64,000 nt of DNA from IMG/VR virus record IMGVR_UViG_3300032516_000004, positions 1 to 64,000 of that record; one strand, written 5' to 3'. Within the stretch, counting starts at the first letter, position 1; each line of letters begins with the position of its first letter. A program made the position numbers and the translations under genes. Positions 63,936 to 64,000 of the stretch are shown piece by piece. Below the pieces are notes generated by a model that saw only the letters and a program-made list of their open reading frames with translations, was not told the origin of the DNA and ran no database searches. Source of the DNA: a virus.

Positions 63936-64000
63936 ATCCAGATATAGTTCTCCAGTAATTCTAATATATTGCTAGCATGCCTGTAAGCTCTACTATTTTA

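Noticed and set aside
1-64000. Alternative genetic code (stop-codon reassignment), as in some jumbo phages
   Set aside because: Long genes are intact under code 11, and TAA/TAG/TGA all terminate genes at tight overlaps; only one isolated suspicious TAA (30296)

Overview
64-kb segment of a large (jumbo-like) tailed dsDNA phage genome, read with the standard code. About 1-31 kb is a mostly minus-strand accessory/early region of small ORFs. It includes a RavA/MoxR AAA+ ATPase, a minimal ATP-dependent ligase, a PilZ protein, a bacterial histone-fold protein, a lytic transglycosylase, tRNA-Leu(UAA) and tmRNA, and eight sigma54-type (GG-N10-GC) promoter motifs. About 31.6-60.4 kb is a plus-strand head/packaging module: large low-complexity virion proteins punctuated by [K/R]-x-A motifs, terminase large subunit, two HNH endonucleases, multi-enzyme polyvalent proteins and an intein-containing portal. 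From 60.4 kb to the end is a second minus-strand block with a PLD-like nuclease and an MT-A70 methyltransferase. The standout is at 21.7-22.7 kb: a solitary Cas7/RAMP-like gene behind its own sigma54 promoter, followed directly by a ~220-nt non-coding tract of 5-nt-periodic units (conserved RHC triplet + variable dinucleotide) closed by a perfect 12-bp hairpin. This is a candidate non-CRISPR RNA-guided system. Host is inferred, not shown, to be a sigma54-reliant delta-proteobacterial-type organism (e.g. Myxococcota/Desulfobacterota/Bdellovibrionota). All family assignments come from motif recognition by eye; no searches were run.
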